From the NCBI GenBank assembly GCA_965233865.1, contig OZ247587.1, positions 1,152,001 to 1,216,000 of the forward strand: a stretch of DNA of 64,000 nt. Direction: 5' to 3'. This stretch comes from Candidatus Neptunichlamydia sp. GTDB lineage: Bacteria; Chlamydiota; Chlamydiia; Chlamydiales; Simkaniaceae. The position numbers and the translations under genes were made by a program. The notes under the pieces are model-generated. The model was not told the origin of the DNA. It ran no database searches and worked only from the letters and a program-made list of their open reading frames with translations. This document shows positions 42,611 through 52,648 of the stretch, piece after piece. Every line of letters starts with the position of its first letter. Position 1 is the first letter of the stretch.

Positions 42611-43768
42611 CTAGAAATCCCATCTAACATCAGCTGTCAATCCGTAAAATGCTACGTCTTCAGAATATCTCTCATATTTAAGTTCTGTAAAATTATCAAT
42701 CCTAAGCATCTGATTTTGTCTCCACCAGTACTCAGCTTCAAAACCAACTCCAATTCCAAGATGATTGCGATCATGATGAAGATAGGTATCATAACGCACT
42801 CCTAAATTAAAGTTTACCATCGGTGCAAATGCACGACGGTTAGCGTGAAGGCCAACTCTAGCATCTCCAACGGCGCTGTAGCGCTCCTTGTGATCCACAT
42901 CAAAATGGCCTAATAGAAGAGCTCCGGAGACATTTCCAAAAAGGCTTAGCTTATTTCCCATATAGCAACGAGAGTCAATCCCTGTACGTGGCCCTAGACC
43001 CCAGAAGTTACAATCTTCTTTAACGCGAACTGTATTCCCTTGAATCCCAAGAAGGTGTATTCCTTGATTAACCGTTGGACTTCCACCTACATATTGAGTT
43101 CTCTGCTCTTGGTCGATCCACGCAGTCTTCAACCCCCAAAATGGACGAAGCGAAAGAGTAGAGCTAACATAGTAATCGCGCCCTAATTCCACATCAACTG
43201 TTTGATAATCTAAGTTATACATCGATTTAGCTCTCGTTGCAAAGATAAACTCACCAACAGTTTGGTTCACCGCAGGAACTGTTGTCAGTGCGCTCGATCC
43301 TCGAAGAGGTATTACCGAACTATTGAGCCCAGCTCGAACAGAATTTGATCCACCAGTTTCCCACCAGGTGCAACGAGCTCTAAAATCCCACCCATCATAG
43401 TCAAAGTTATAGCCTAGACCCGCTCGGATCCCCCAATCCCAGTCAAACTCTATACTTTTCTTTCTTCCTTTAATAGGAAGGGAAGCAATTCTATCTTGAT
43501 CCGTGTAAGCATATTCAGTTCCACCTATTCTTGCCTTCCAATATAGAAGATCAACAGAGATAAACCACCCACGTCCATCAACCTCTGGGCGCGCAGTTGC
43601 GGTATTTGCACCATAGGTCCCTATTGGTGTCTTAGTTCCTACTTGCTTCATCTGATGTTCAAGCTGGTTTAATCGAACTTCTCTATCAGCCGCTGCATAC
43701 GCCTGAGAAGAGATCATAAGAAAGGAAAGGGTGCCCAGTCCAAAATTTCTTAAATATCTCAGCTTCAT
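42611..43768 (-). CDS. Lpg1974/Legionella-MOMP-like outer-membrane beta-barrel (tandem paralog)
   Basis: Same motifs as 41093-42268. Confidence 0.85.
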   Translation of the reverse strand: MKLRYLRNFGLGTLSFLMISSQAYAAADREVRLNQLEHQMKQVGTKTPIGTYGANTATARPEVDGRGWFISVDLLYWKARIGGTEYAYTDQDRIASLPIKGRKKSIEFDWDWGIRAGLGYNFDYDGWDFRARCTWWETGGSNSVRAGLNSSVIPLRGSSALTTVPAVNQTVGEFIFATRAKSMYNLDYQTVDVELGRDYYVSSTLSLRPFWGLKTAWIDQEQRTQYVGGSPTVNQGIHLLGIQGNTVRVKEDCNFWGLGPRTGIDSRCYMGNKLSLFGNVSGALLLGHFDVDHKERYSAVGDARVGLHANRRAFAPMVNFNLGVRYDTYLHHDRNHLGIGVGFEAEYWWRQNQMLRIDNFTELKYERYSEDVAFYGLTADVRWDF

Positions 43769-43929
43769 CTTTTTTACCTCTAGAGGGGGGAGTTAAATAT
43801 AATGGTTATTAGTTCCCTGATATAAAGTATAATGAAGAATAAAAAAAAGAAATTTTTATAAAAAGATAGATATAAATATTAAGTGCTAATTATCAAAGCA
43901 ATAGAATTGCAGAGCTTGTGTAAGATTTT

Positions 43930-45594
43930 CTATTCCTGCTCAATAATATCTAGGAAAGCTTGAAGCTGCTTTGATCTTGTTGGGTGGCGCATCTTGCGGA
44001 GAGCCTTAGCCTCAATTTGACGAACTCTTTCACGAGTCACTTTGAACCGCACTCCAACTTCTTCTAAAGTCTTAGGCTTTCCGTCAAGGAGCCCAAAACG
44101 TTCAATGAGAACTGTTCTTTCTCGATCAGTCAGCGTCGAGAGAACCTCATTCATCTTATCCTTTAATATAGAATACCCCGTAGCTTCATCAGGAGATTCG
44201 ATCGAAGTGTCTTCAATAAAATCACCAAACTGGCTTTCTCCGCTATCTCCCACCTCAGCCTGCAAAGAGATTGGATGCTGAGCAATCTTATAGATTTCCC
44301 GAATCCTCTCGGGGGTTAGACCGAGTTCCGTTGCCAATTCTTCAGGAGTAGGCTCTCGCCCAGTCTCCATCATTAACTTCTTGGCACCACGAAGAACCTT
44401 ATTAATCGTCTCGATCATGTGGACAGGAATTCGAATCGTCCGAGCTTGGTCAGCGATTGCGCGTGTCACTGCTTGGCGAATCCACCAGGTAGCATAGGTA
44501 GAAAATTTATACCCTCGACGGTATTCAAACTTTTCAACCGCCTTCATCAGACCCATATTCCCTTCCTGGATTAGATCAAGGAATGAAAGTCCTCTGTTGG
44601 TATATTTCTTTGCAATCGAGATCACGAGGCGAAGGTTAGACTCCACCATTTCCCTTTTAGCCTCTTGGCTCTTATCCATCCAACGTTGAAGCATCCGAAC
44701 GTCTTTCTTAAACTTATCTAGAGTGCGTCCTGCAGCAAGCTCACGCTTTGCCAATTTTCGTTCAGCAGCCATTAGCTTTGCTTTTGCAAACCTATTTTTC
44801 TCAGCACGAGGAATAAGTTCTTGAATTTCTTTTTCCAAGGCCAAGAAACGATCGTAGGAAGAAAGAATAACCTCACCAAAATCATCAGTAATGTTATGTC
44901 GGAAATGCATCCGCCTTAAATAAGCTTGAGTCCGTACATTACACTTCTCTATATCTTCTGAAAGCTTAACCTTTCCGACCTTTGAAAGCTTTGGCTCTAA
45001 AGAACGGATCAAAAAACCCTCTAGGGTAATATCTTCTCTATAGAGTAATTCTTTAAGTTTAGGTAGCTTCTTAAGGAAGCTATTTTTATCCTCGATTTCC
45101 TTTTCAGCAATAATTTTATCGAAACGGTCTTTTCCAGAAATTAAATAGTTGGCAATAGAGATCGATTCACGAGTTGAATAGCGGAACCGCATAATAATTC
45201 GTTCGATCTGGATCTGTGCTTTTTCAATCCTTTTGGAGATTTCCACCTCTTCTTCCCTAGAAAGGAGGGGGACAGACCCCATTTCTTTTAGGTACATTCG
45301 AACAGGATCGTCACTACTCCCTTCCATCCTTTTCGGAAGGGCTTCCATTTCCTTAGCTTCTTTTTTTCTTTCTTTTTGGCGATCAACTTCAGATTGATTC
45401 AAAATCTGAATATCCATTCCGCTTAAGAAAATCAGCACTTGGTCGATTTGCTCAGCAGAATCAAAGGTCATTGGGAGGATTTCATTGATTTCCTCATACG
45501 TGATAAACCCTTGCTCCTTAGCAATAGCTACGAGCTCTTCGATTTTTTGTTGATGCTGGGGATCGAAACCCTGACTAAATCCGGATTTGCTCAT
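43930..45594 (-). CDS. rpoD: Primary RNA polymerase sigma factor (sigma66/70)
   Basis: [33 protein letters not shown] and TRERVRQIE motifs. Confidence 0.98.
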   Translation of the reverse strand: MSKSGFSQGFDPQHQQKIEELVAIAKEQGFITYEEINEILPMTFDSAEQIDQVLIFLSGMDIQILNQSEVDRQKERKKEAKEMEALPKRMEGSSDDPVRMYLKEMGSVPLLSREEEVEISKRIEKAQIQIERIIMRFRYSTRESISIANYLISGKDRFDKIIAEKEIEDKNSFLKKLPKLKELLYREDITLEGFLIRSLEPKLSKVGKVKLSEDIEKCNVRTQAYLRRMHFRHNITDDFGEVILSSYDRFLALEKEIQELIPRAEKNRFAKAKLMAAERKLAKRELAAGRTLDKFKKDVRMLQRWMDKSQEAKREMVESNLRLVISIAKKYTNRGLSFLDLIQEGNMGLMKAVEKFEYRRGYKFSTYATWWIRQAVTRAIADQARTIRIPVHMIETINKVLRGAKKLMMETGREPTPEELATELGLTPERIREIYKIAQHPISLQAEVGDSGESQFGDFIEDTSIESPDEATGYSILKDKMNEVLSTLTDRERTVLIERFGLLDGKPKTLEEVGVRFKVTRERVRQIEAKALRKMRHPTRSKQLQAFLDIIEQE

Positions 45595-45717
45595 TATCTC
45601 CTATGGAATAACGCACGAAAGGTCTACCTACTGTAACAATTCCAAGCGTAAAATGCCAGAACTATCTATTATAATGCTGTTCATATTGCAGCGAAAAAAG
45701 GATATTGTCAAGAGATC

Positions 45718-46362
45718 ATGCATTGCTATCACAAAGTAATCCAAAAAACGTTAGCTAATTTTCTTCAAGGCAGCGTTATTGAATATCGATTCTCGTCAAT
45801 TCGAAGAATTGCTGACGTTGTTTTTTTTCCTAAAAAAATTATTTTTGAAGTGCAGTGTTCTCCTATTTCAGTCGAAGATGTTCAAAAAAGAAACGAAGAC
45901 TATTCGTCCCTTGGCTTCACTGTAATTTGGATCTTGCATGACAGAACTTACAATAAAAAAATTGCTACCCCTGCAGAGCTTTACCTCCGTCAAAATCTCT
46001 CTTATTACACATCTATGACTCCCTTTGGACATGGTTTTTTTTACGATCAGCTTGATTTTTTTAAAGGCGTGACACGAATCTACAAAAGCAAGCCCCAAAC
46101 AATCAAGTCATTCTTCCCCAAGCCTCTCCCAAGGTTCCCCTTTTTCTTTCCCAATAAACTCAGAAAACGCCCTCTGATGCTCTCTGGAGACACCACCGAC
46201 TATCTCCTCAAGAGCAAACAAGGAAAATGGGCATGGCAACTTGAGAAAAGCCTGACGCGAAAATGGACATGTAAAAAAGTTACGAAAGAGCTTTTTCATT
46301 CCCTTCTTCTGAAAAACGCATCCCCCTCACATAAATATTTAGAAAGGCAAAATACAATATAA
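45718..46362 (+). CDS. Competence protein CoiA-like nuclease
   Basis: RIADV, FEVQCSPIS and GFTVIWIL motifs. Confidence 0.8.
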   Translation: MHCYHKVIQKTLANFLQGSVIEYRFSSIRRIADVVFFPKKIIFEVQCSPISVEDVQKRNEDYSSLGFTVIWILHDRTYNKKIATPAELYLRQNLSYYTSMTPFGHGFFYDQLDFFKGVTRIYKSKPQTIKSFFPKPLPRFPFFFPNKLRKRPLMLSGDTTDYLLKSKQGKWAWQLEKSLTRKWTCKKVTKELFHSLLLKNASPSHKYLERQNTI

Positions 46363-46756
46363 TTCCAAGAGACACCGCAAAATGAATCGCCTTCTTTGTT
46401 GGAAACATTTTTTGAAGAAATGCATCATGGGGGTGTTTAGGATTATACCAAATTTCCCAAGTTTTTTTTTGCCACGCTTCGATTAAATCCTCCGCTAGAT
46501 AGGGGTTAGGATAAACTGGTTTTGGGAAAGAGTATATTCCCATAACTGCCCTTTCCTCGACCTGAAACTGATACGCAGCCTCAACAGAAAATTTACCCGA
46601 TTTGATTTCGACCACTTTCCAATCAAAAACCTGGGCTTCTGAGGAGTGTGTCAAATGGAAGTAGCGATTAAGGTTATAAAAAAATTCCCCACCAAGATAG
46701 AGGCTTGCTCCACCAACGATTAAAAACATAAATATAAAAAAATTCTTAGAGATCAT
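46280..46756 (-). CDS. Two-TM membrane protein (DUF3592-like)
   Basis: Terminal TMs; Y.F.V and WYNPKHP motifs. Confidence 0.6.
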   Translation of the reverse strand: MISKNFFIFMFLIVGGASLYLGGEFFYNLNRYFHLTHSSEAQVFDWKVVEIKSGKFSVEAAYQFQVEERAVMGIYSFPKPVYPNPYLAEDLIEAWQKKTWEIWYNPKHPHDAFLQKMFPTKKAIHFAVSLGIILYFAFLNIYVRGMRFSEEGNEKALS

Positions 46757-46776
46757 AAAGACACCTCACTGCTTGA

Positions 46777-46805
46777 TTGACGAATTATTCCCAAATTGGT
46801 ATATT
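46777..46805 (+). promoter_or_regulatory. Sigma70-type promoter of rpsT
   Basis: TTGACG-N17-TATATT. Confidence 0.65.
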
Positions 46806-46843
46806 TTTTTCCATCACTCAATTTTAACGATTGGAATTATTTT

Positions 46844-47134
46844 ATGTCTGAAGAAGGAAAAAAGGGCCCTGCAAAGAAAAAGTGCCCGACTGCTCAAAAA
46901 CGCATTAAGCAAGACGAGAAACGCAACCTTCGTAACCGTTCTTTTAAATCTAGTGTAAAAACTGCAATCCGTTCTTTTGAAAGCGCACTGACTTCAAAAG
47001 ATAGTGAGAAAATGCAAACAGCGCTCAGTGCTGTTTACAGTCTCATGGATCGCGGAGTTAAGCAAGGGGTTTACAAAAAAAATAAAGCGGCACGCGCCAA
47101 ACAACGCATGTCTTTAATACAAAAAAGCGCTTAA
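46844..47134 (+). CDS. rpsT: 30S ribosomal protein S20
   Basis: TAQKRIKQDEKRNLRNRS and KNKAARAK motifs. Confidence 0.96.
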   Translation: MSEEGKKGPAKKKCPTAQKRIKQDEKRNLRNRSFKSSVKTAIRSFESALTSKDSEKMQTALSAVYSLMDRGVKQGVYKKNKAARAKQRMSLIQKSA

Positions 47135-47463
47135 GCTTTACTATAATAGATCAAGCATCTCCCGGACTTCATCCCATATGGGATATCCGACAGCTTTGTA
47201 AGCATCAAGCCAAGCAAACGAGATGCTTTTGTTTTCCTCTACCGCAAATGGATCATTCTTGTCTTATTCCTTTATAAAACTTGAACTACTCTTCTCCAGA
47301 GGCACTCTATGAAAATATTATCAAGGGTCCTTCCTTTTCCGTCCATGAGGTAGCTTCTATGCAGGGGTCAAGATCTTTGCAACAAAACCTTCCTTCCCAT
47401 ATGTACTTGTTTTAATGTTGCGCAGATTTCAAATTTAAACCTGTATAGTCTATTTATAATTTT

Positions 47464-48180
47464 ATGACGCAGATAAAAGAAGAGATTACAGGGGATGAAG
47501 GAATTATTATTGCTGCAAACAGTCAATACGAGCAGTTCCTCCCCTGGTGGTGGAAGCATTATAACACGCATTCTTCCTTGCCCGTTACGTTTTTTGATCT
47601 AGGTCTTACTAACCCCCTAAAAGAGTGGTGTGCTTCTAAAGGGACTGTTATTCCCTTTTCTAAACCGATGGATTTTTTAGCCAAGCGCGATGAAGTGGAT
47701 CACAAAAAAAGAGATCACTGGGAAAAGCATTGGACACCAAGTATTTGGGGAAAACGAGCAGCGTGGTTTGCAAAACCCTTTACCCTTCTCCAAAGTCCCT
47801 ACAAAAAAACTCTTTTTCTAGATATTGATTGTCGCGTTCAAGCAGACATTGCACCTCTTTTTAATTATCTCACGCCTTCAGTTGGATTTACAATTGTGAA
47901 GCACGAGTTTCAGGAGGGCTTCTACCACAATTCGGGAGTATGTGTTGCGCTTCAAGGGTCCCCTGTAGTTCTTAAGTGGGCACAAGAAGGGGTCGAAAAA
48001 AATCACGAATTCATGGGAGATGAAGATGTCATCCATCATCTCATTCTCCAAAACCATTTTGATATTCCCTTTTTTCCTCTTAAATACAACCACCCCCATC
48101 TCTTTGGTGGAGGAAATCAAGCAATCATCCAACACTTTCTTGGCCTCGAAGGGAAAGATAAAATTTTGCTCGATCTCTAA
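47464..48180 (+). CDS. GT-A fold glycosyltransferase-like protein, array copy 1
   Basis: WWW.HY, FFDLG, KPF..LQSPY, DIDC (DxD), NSGV and GDE motifs. Confidence 0.75.
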   Translation: MTQIKEEITGDEGIIIAANSQYEQFLPWWWKHYNTHSSLPVTFFDLGLTNPLKEWCASKGTVIPFSKPMDFLAKRDEVDHKKRDHWEKHWTPSIWGKRAAWFAKPFTLLQSPYKKTLFLDIDCRVQADIAPLFNYLTPSVGFTIVKHEFQEGFYHNSGVCVALQGSPVVLKWAQEGVEKNHEFMGDEDVIHHLILQNHFDIPFFPLKYNHPHLFGGGNQAIIQHFLGLEGKDKILLDL

Positions 48181-48205
48181 TGATCGCTCGGATATAGATA
48201 CAAAC

Positions 48206-48937
48206 ATGGCAGCAATTACAAAGTGGAATCAGAAAAATTACACAGGCGGAGATGGCGTTATTGTCGCTTCAGATATGAAGCAAGAGTGGATCTTAAAATG
48301 GTGGTGGGACCATTACTCCAAGCACAACGATTCCCCAGTCACTTTCTTTGATCTTGGAATGTCAAAAAGCGCTCTTATCTGGTGCGAATCAAAAGGAAAT
48401 GTTGTTCCCTTTTCCCTGCCAGACTCAACAATTTCGAAAAAAAGTGACATCCCCTCTGACCTTCAAAAGCAATGGGAAGGTAGCTACTCAGAGCGCATCT
48501 GGGACTGTAGAATCGAATGGATGCACAAACCATTTATTATTCTTCAAAGCCCTTATAACAGAACCATCTGGATTGATGTCGATTGCGAAGTTAGAAATTC
48601 ACTAAGTCCCTTGTTCAACTATTGCGACACCGAGGATGGGATCAGCCTAATCAAGCTCAACCTTAAAGCCAATACAGTGATTAACTCTGGTGTTGTTATT
48701 GCCAAAAGACTTGCCCCCGCTTTTACTTATTGGGCAGAAGCCGTATTAGAAAAACACCATGTCACCATGAGCGACGAAACAGCCCTTATTGAAGCCCAAA
48801 AAAAACACCCCATTAAGATCAATCCCCTCCCCTTTGGCTTCAATTTCCTCAATTTCTGGAAAACCAATTCTCCTGTGAATGTCTACCATCATGGCGGAGG
48901 CGCAGGGAAACGAGAAATTCTAAAACAAATTAAGTGA
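48206..48937 (+). CDS. GT-A fold glycosyltransferase-like protein, array copy 2
   Basis: Same motif set (DVDC, NSGV, SDE). Confidence 0.75.
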   Translation: MAAITKWNQKNYTGGDGVIVASDMKQEWILKWWWDHYSKHNDSPVTFFDLGMSKSALIWCESKGNVVPFSLPDSTISKKSDIPSDLQKQWEGSYSERIWDCRIEWMHKPFIILQSPYNRTIWIDVDCEVRNSLSPLFNYCDTEDGISLIKLNLKANTVINSGVVIAKRLAPAFTYWAEAVLEKHHVTMSDETALIEAQKKHPIKINPLPFGFNFLNFWKTNSPVNVYHHGGGAGKREILKQIK

Positions 48938-48942
48938 TTATT

Positions 48943-49668
48943 ATGGAAGAACATCTTAACTGGAATTCTAAACCCTCTGGAGATGGAGTCATTGTTGCAA
49001 CCGACATCACGCAAGAATGGATGCTCAAATGGTGGTGGGACCACTATTCCAAACAAAGCTCATACCCCGTTACATTTTTTGATTTAGGAATGTCAAAAAG
49101 CGCCCTTATCTGGTGCGAGACTAAAGGGACAACCTTCTCTTTTTCCTTCCCCGAAGGTTTGATTAAACCAAAAGAAGAGATCGATCCAAAGCAAAGCTCT
49201 ATTTGGGAGGAAAAATATCCTGGAGATCTTTGGGAAGGGAGAACCGAATGGTTCGCAAAACCCTTTCTTCTTCTAAAAAGCCCCTACAAACGAACCATTT
49301 GGATGGATCTAGATTGCGAAGTGCGCCACCCTATCGATAAACTCTTCGAATATGCTGATGAAGGCGATGGATTTAGCATCTTAAAATTCCAGGTAAAAGA
49401 TCTCGATATATATAACACAGGCGTTATTGTTTGCCGTCACGGCTCTTCAATTCCCCAAAAATGGGCCTTTCACACACAGGAAAATAATCACAAACATTTT
49501 GGTGATGAAACAGTCCTTATGGAAATGCTAGAAAATGAAAACCTTACTATTACTCCTCACCCTCTTCTTTACAATTGGCCAACAATCATTCCTCAAGACC
49601 CTAATACCGTTATACGTCATCATGCTGGAGGATACGGGAAAACTAGAATCCTTGGAAAACTGCAATGA
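48943..49668 (+). CDS. GT-A fold glycosyltransferase-like protein, array copy 3
   Basis: Same motif set (DLDC, NTGV, GDE). Confidence 0.75.
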   Translation: MEEHLNWNSKPSGDGVIVATDITQEWMLKWWWDHYSKQSSYPVTFFDLGMSKSALIWCETKGTTFSFSFPEGLIKPKEEIDPKQSSIWEEKYPGDLWEGRTEWFAKPFLLLKSPYKRTIWMDLDCEVRHPIDKLFEYADEGDGFSILKFQVKDLDIYNTGVIVCRHGSSIPQKWAFHTQENNHKHFGDETVLMEMLENENLTITPHPLLYNWPTIIPQDPNTVIRHHAGGYGKTRILGKLQ

Positions 49669-50387
49669 AAAAGGGAGTGCTAACTGGATGCAATGCTGAG
49701 CAAGAGTGGATGCTTAAGTGGTGGTGGAAAAACTACTCCAAACACAATAACTATCCCGTCACTTTTTGCGATTTCGGAATGAGCTTAGGTGCCAGAAAAT
49801 GGTGCGAAACAAGAGGAAGAGTTCTCTCCTTTAACCCTAAATCAATCTCCACAGATAAAAACCAATCGGCTCCATGGTCAGATAAAGTGAGTCTTTCGAC
49901 ATTGAATAAACGCTCCGTTTGGTTTTCTAAACCCCTTATTCTCTCCCAATCCCCCTATGAAAAAAACCTTTGGACCGACGTTGATTGCGAAATTCTCAAA
50001 GACATCACCCCCCTCTTTGAAATGACAGAAAGTAAAGATGGTTTCGCCATCGCATACGATACAGAAGAAAATACAAAACGCGCACAAAAATACAATCTCT
50101 TAAAAGATAACGTGCAAGTTCTTCAAGCAGGCGTCATTGTATTTAAGAAGACTTCTCCTGTTATCTCTGCGTGGATTGATCACTGCTTAAAACACATCGA
50201 TACCGAGATTTCAGATCAAACAGCCCTTAGCCATCTAATTGCAAAAAAAAACTTTGATATCACCATCTTCTCCAACAAATACAATTGGCTGATCTCCGAA
50301 TTCTCATCCGATCACATTGCCATTATCCATCACACAGGAGCCAGCCGAAAAAGGAAGCTCCTATCCGAGATGAAGTTTCATGGATAG
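49665..50387 (+). CDS. GT-A fold glycosyltransferase-like protein, array copy 4
   Basis: Same motif set (DVDC, QAGV, SDQ). Confidence 0.75.
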   Translation: MKKGVLTGCNAEQEWMLKWWWKNYSKHNNYPVTFCDFGMSLGARKWCETRGRVLSFNPKSISTDKNQSAPWSDKVSLSTLNKRSVWFSKPLILSQSPYEKNLWTDVDCEILKDITPLFEMTESKDGFAIAYDTEENTKRAQKYNLLKDNVQVLQAGVIVFKKTSPVISAWIDHCLKHIDTEISDQTALSHLIAKKNFDITIFSNKYNWLISEFSSDHIAIIHHTGASRKRKLLSEMKFHG

Positions 50388-50600
50388 CGGGGTGATCACT
50401 AGGTGAGACGAGCGCCAAGAATACCTCCTAAAATGGTGGTGGGCAAACTATTCCAAGCACAACACTTACCCCGTTGCTTTCTACGACTTTGGAATGAGTC
50501 CTTCTGCACAAAGCTGGTGCACAAGTAAAGGAACGCTTATCTCCCAACCCTCCATTACCTATGAGCAACCTATCAGAAGAAATCGAATCCGTCCCCATTG
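50380..50600 (+). pseudogene. Fifth array paralog, nonsense-mutated and truncated
   Basis: MDSGVITR*DERQEYLLKWWWANYSKHNTYPVAFYDFGMSPSAQSWC. Confidence 0.8.
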
Positions 50601-50800
50601 ACCCATCTTCAAAACAACTAGCATCTAGTATCAGATCCCATCAACCTTCATCGCCGCTTCAAAACGATCATTTGCCCCTAAATGCTCAAGAGCCGTTGGA
50701 TCTACACTCTGAATCACCCCTTCAATCGAAGGGTAAATCCAATCCTTTCGTTCATCAAGCGAAGAGTCAAAAACCGTTCCTAAAAAGCAAATACATAATA

Positions 50801-52138
50801 TTACAACGCGCATAACCTTCTTCGAATTCCTGATAATCTTTCACTCCCTTTTTTCACGCACTCCTCAATCACACCCTCTTCCCCCAGAACAATCAACTCA
50901 TCTTTGGCCCGAGTCATTCCCGTATAGAGAATCTCCCGACCAAACATCTCTGATCCCTTAGGCACCAATAAAACCACCTTCTTAAACTCACTCCCCTGAC
51001 TTTTATGAACTGAAATACAATACGCCAGCTCAAATTTTGGCAAAAGCGCAGCAGGAAATTCCCGCTCCCCAAACCGTACCACATCATTTTTTCCAATTGC
51101 TCTCCCAGGATCCCTCTTTGATAGCACCCCCATTTCCCCATTGCTCAGCTCCATTCGTCGATCACTCCGCGTAATCATAATAGGAATCTCTCCCTCGTCC
51201 CGCATCAACTCATTGATTGCTTCCACCCCAAAAGGACCCTTTCTCAAGCACGATAGCACCTGATAGCCTCCCCTTTTCCATCCCTCAACGTCCCTTTCTA
51301 GATTCCCATATTCAATCGTTTTCCCCTCACGCACCGCAGCTGCCTTCTCCAAAATTTCCACTCGATCACTCCGCATACATTCATCCAAATGCACATAACC
51401 TCGGCCCCTCTCCTTCATAAAACTACACAGCTCTCCGAACACCGTGCCTGCCTCCACCGGCGGCAACTGATCATGATCCCCCACTAAAATAAGTCGTGTT
51501 CCCTTCTTTACATTCCTAAGAAGCGCCGACCACATTCCCACATCAATCATCGAACACTCATCAACAATCACCATCCCAGAGTCTAGCACCTTCCCCCCAA
51601 AAAGCATTTCCTTCCCATTCCGTATCCCCAAAAGACTATGAAGCGTTCCCACTTCCGAATCCAACTTTTTCCGAAGAAGAAGCGTAGCCTTACCCGTAGG
51701 TGCACACACACATACATCCATTCCCCATCTCCTTACAACCTCCCCAATCACATACGACTTTCCCGTCCCCGGCCCCCCCGTTAGGCAAACAATACTCTCC
51801 CCCAAGCACTCTTCAACCGCACGCTGCTGCCCCTCATTCAGACTTCCTACATCCCCCAAGTCAATCCGCTTGACATCCCCATCTAAAAGCCGACCAAACT
51901 CTCGAACCACACTCCCTTCAAGCACCCAGTTCTTCTGCAAATACACAAGATCGCCCCATCTCCCAACCAGCCCCTCAAACCGCTCTTCATCACCCTTGAG
52001 AATGACGCCCTCATTTCCTTCCTTCCGAATACACAGATGTCCCTCCCGCGCAGCTGCCATCAGCTCCGCCCCTAAAGGGGCTCGCTCTCCAACAATCTGA
52101 TCAATGTCACACATTTCCATAGAGAGCAACCATACCAT
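50801..52138 (-). CDS. recD: Exodeoxyribonuclease V alpha subunit (short RecD)
   Basis: TGGPGTGKS, APTGKA, DECSMID, GDHDQLPPV, HKSQGSE and YTGMTRA motifs. Confidence 0.9.
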   Translation of the reverse strand: MVWLLSMEMCDIDQIVGERAPLGAELMAAAREGHLCIRKEGNEGVILKGDEERFEGLVGRWGDLVYLQKNWVLEGSVVREFGRLLDGDVKRIDLGDVGSLNEGQQRAVEECLGESIVCLTGGPGTGKSYVIGEVVRRWGMDVCVCAPTGKATLLLRKKLDSEVGTLHSLLGIRNGKEMLFGGKVLDSGMVIVDECSMIDVGMWSALLRNVKKGTRLILVGDHDQLPPVEAGTVFGELCSFMKERGRGYVHLDECMRSDRVEILEKAAAVREGKTIEYGNLERDVEGWKRGGYQVLSCLRKGPFGVEAINELMRDEGEIPIMITRSDRRMELSNGEMGVLSKRDPGRAIGKNDVVRFGEREFPAALLPKFELAYCISVHKSQGSEFKKVVLLVPKGSEMFGREILYTGMTRAKDELIVLGEEGVIEECVKKGSERLSGIRRRLCAL

Positions 52139-52200
52139 TCCTCATAAAAAATACAAACCTGATATATTTGCGCAGCATCCAAACCCAAAGGGAGGATACC

Positions 52201-52476
52201 ATGACAAAAACAGCAACAATGAACCAAGTCGTTCACTTTTAAATTCCCTATGATGACATAGAAAAAGCCAAAGAATTCTACAGCATCTTTAACTAGGAAT
52301 TAAATGATATTCTAGGAATGGATTACGTAGGAGTTCGAACCACTCCCGTCGATGAAAACAAAATGCCCACTCAGCCCGGAGCCATTAACGGCGGATTCAT
52401 GAAAAGAACCGAGCAAGTCAAAGGCCCAGTAATCGCAGTCCAAGTCGACTCCGTCGACACCTACCTACAACTCATT
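52201..52476 (+). pseudogene. VOC/glyoxalase family pseudogene
   Basis: VVHF*IPYDDIEKAKEFYSIFN*E...PGAINGG; two in-frame stops and a 3' truncation. Confidence 0.8.
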
Positions 52477-52648
52477 GCTAGTTTCCCTAAAAAATCGTAT
52501 GGAAAATTTATGCAGCTATATCGAAAGTTCACATTGGAGCCGAAAAAATACTCTACCTCCCCTGCATGGCACGAAAACAGTCATTTTTGGACATGCGAGT
52601 GCATCTTCAAAACAAACTAGTCTCGATGAAAGTAGGTTTGTCTTGGGC

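Noticed and set aside
52478..52620. CTAG-bounded 140-bp segment as a MITE
   Set aside because: No terminal inverted repeats or second copy in the window
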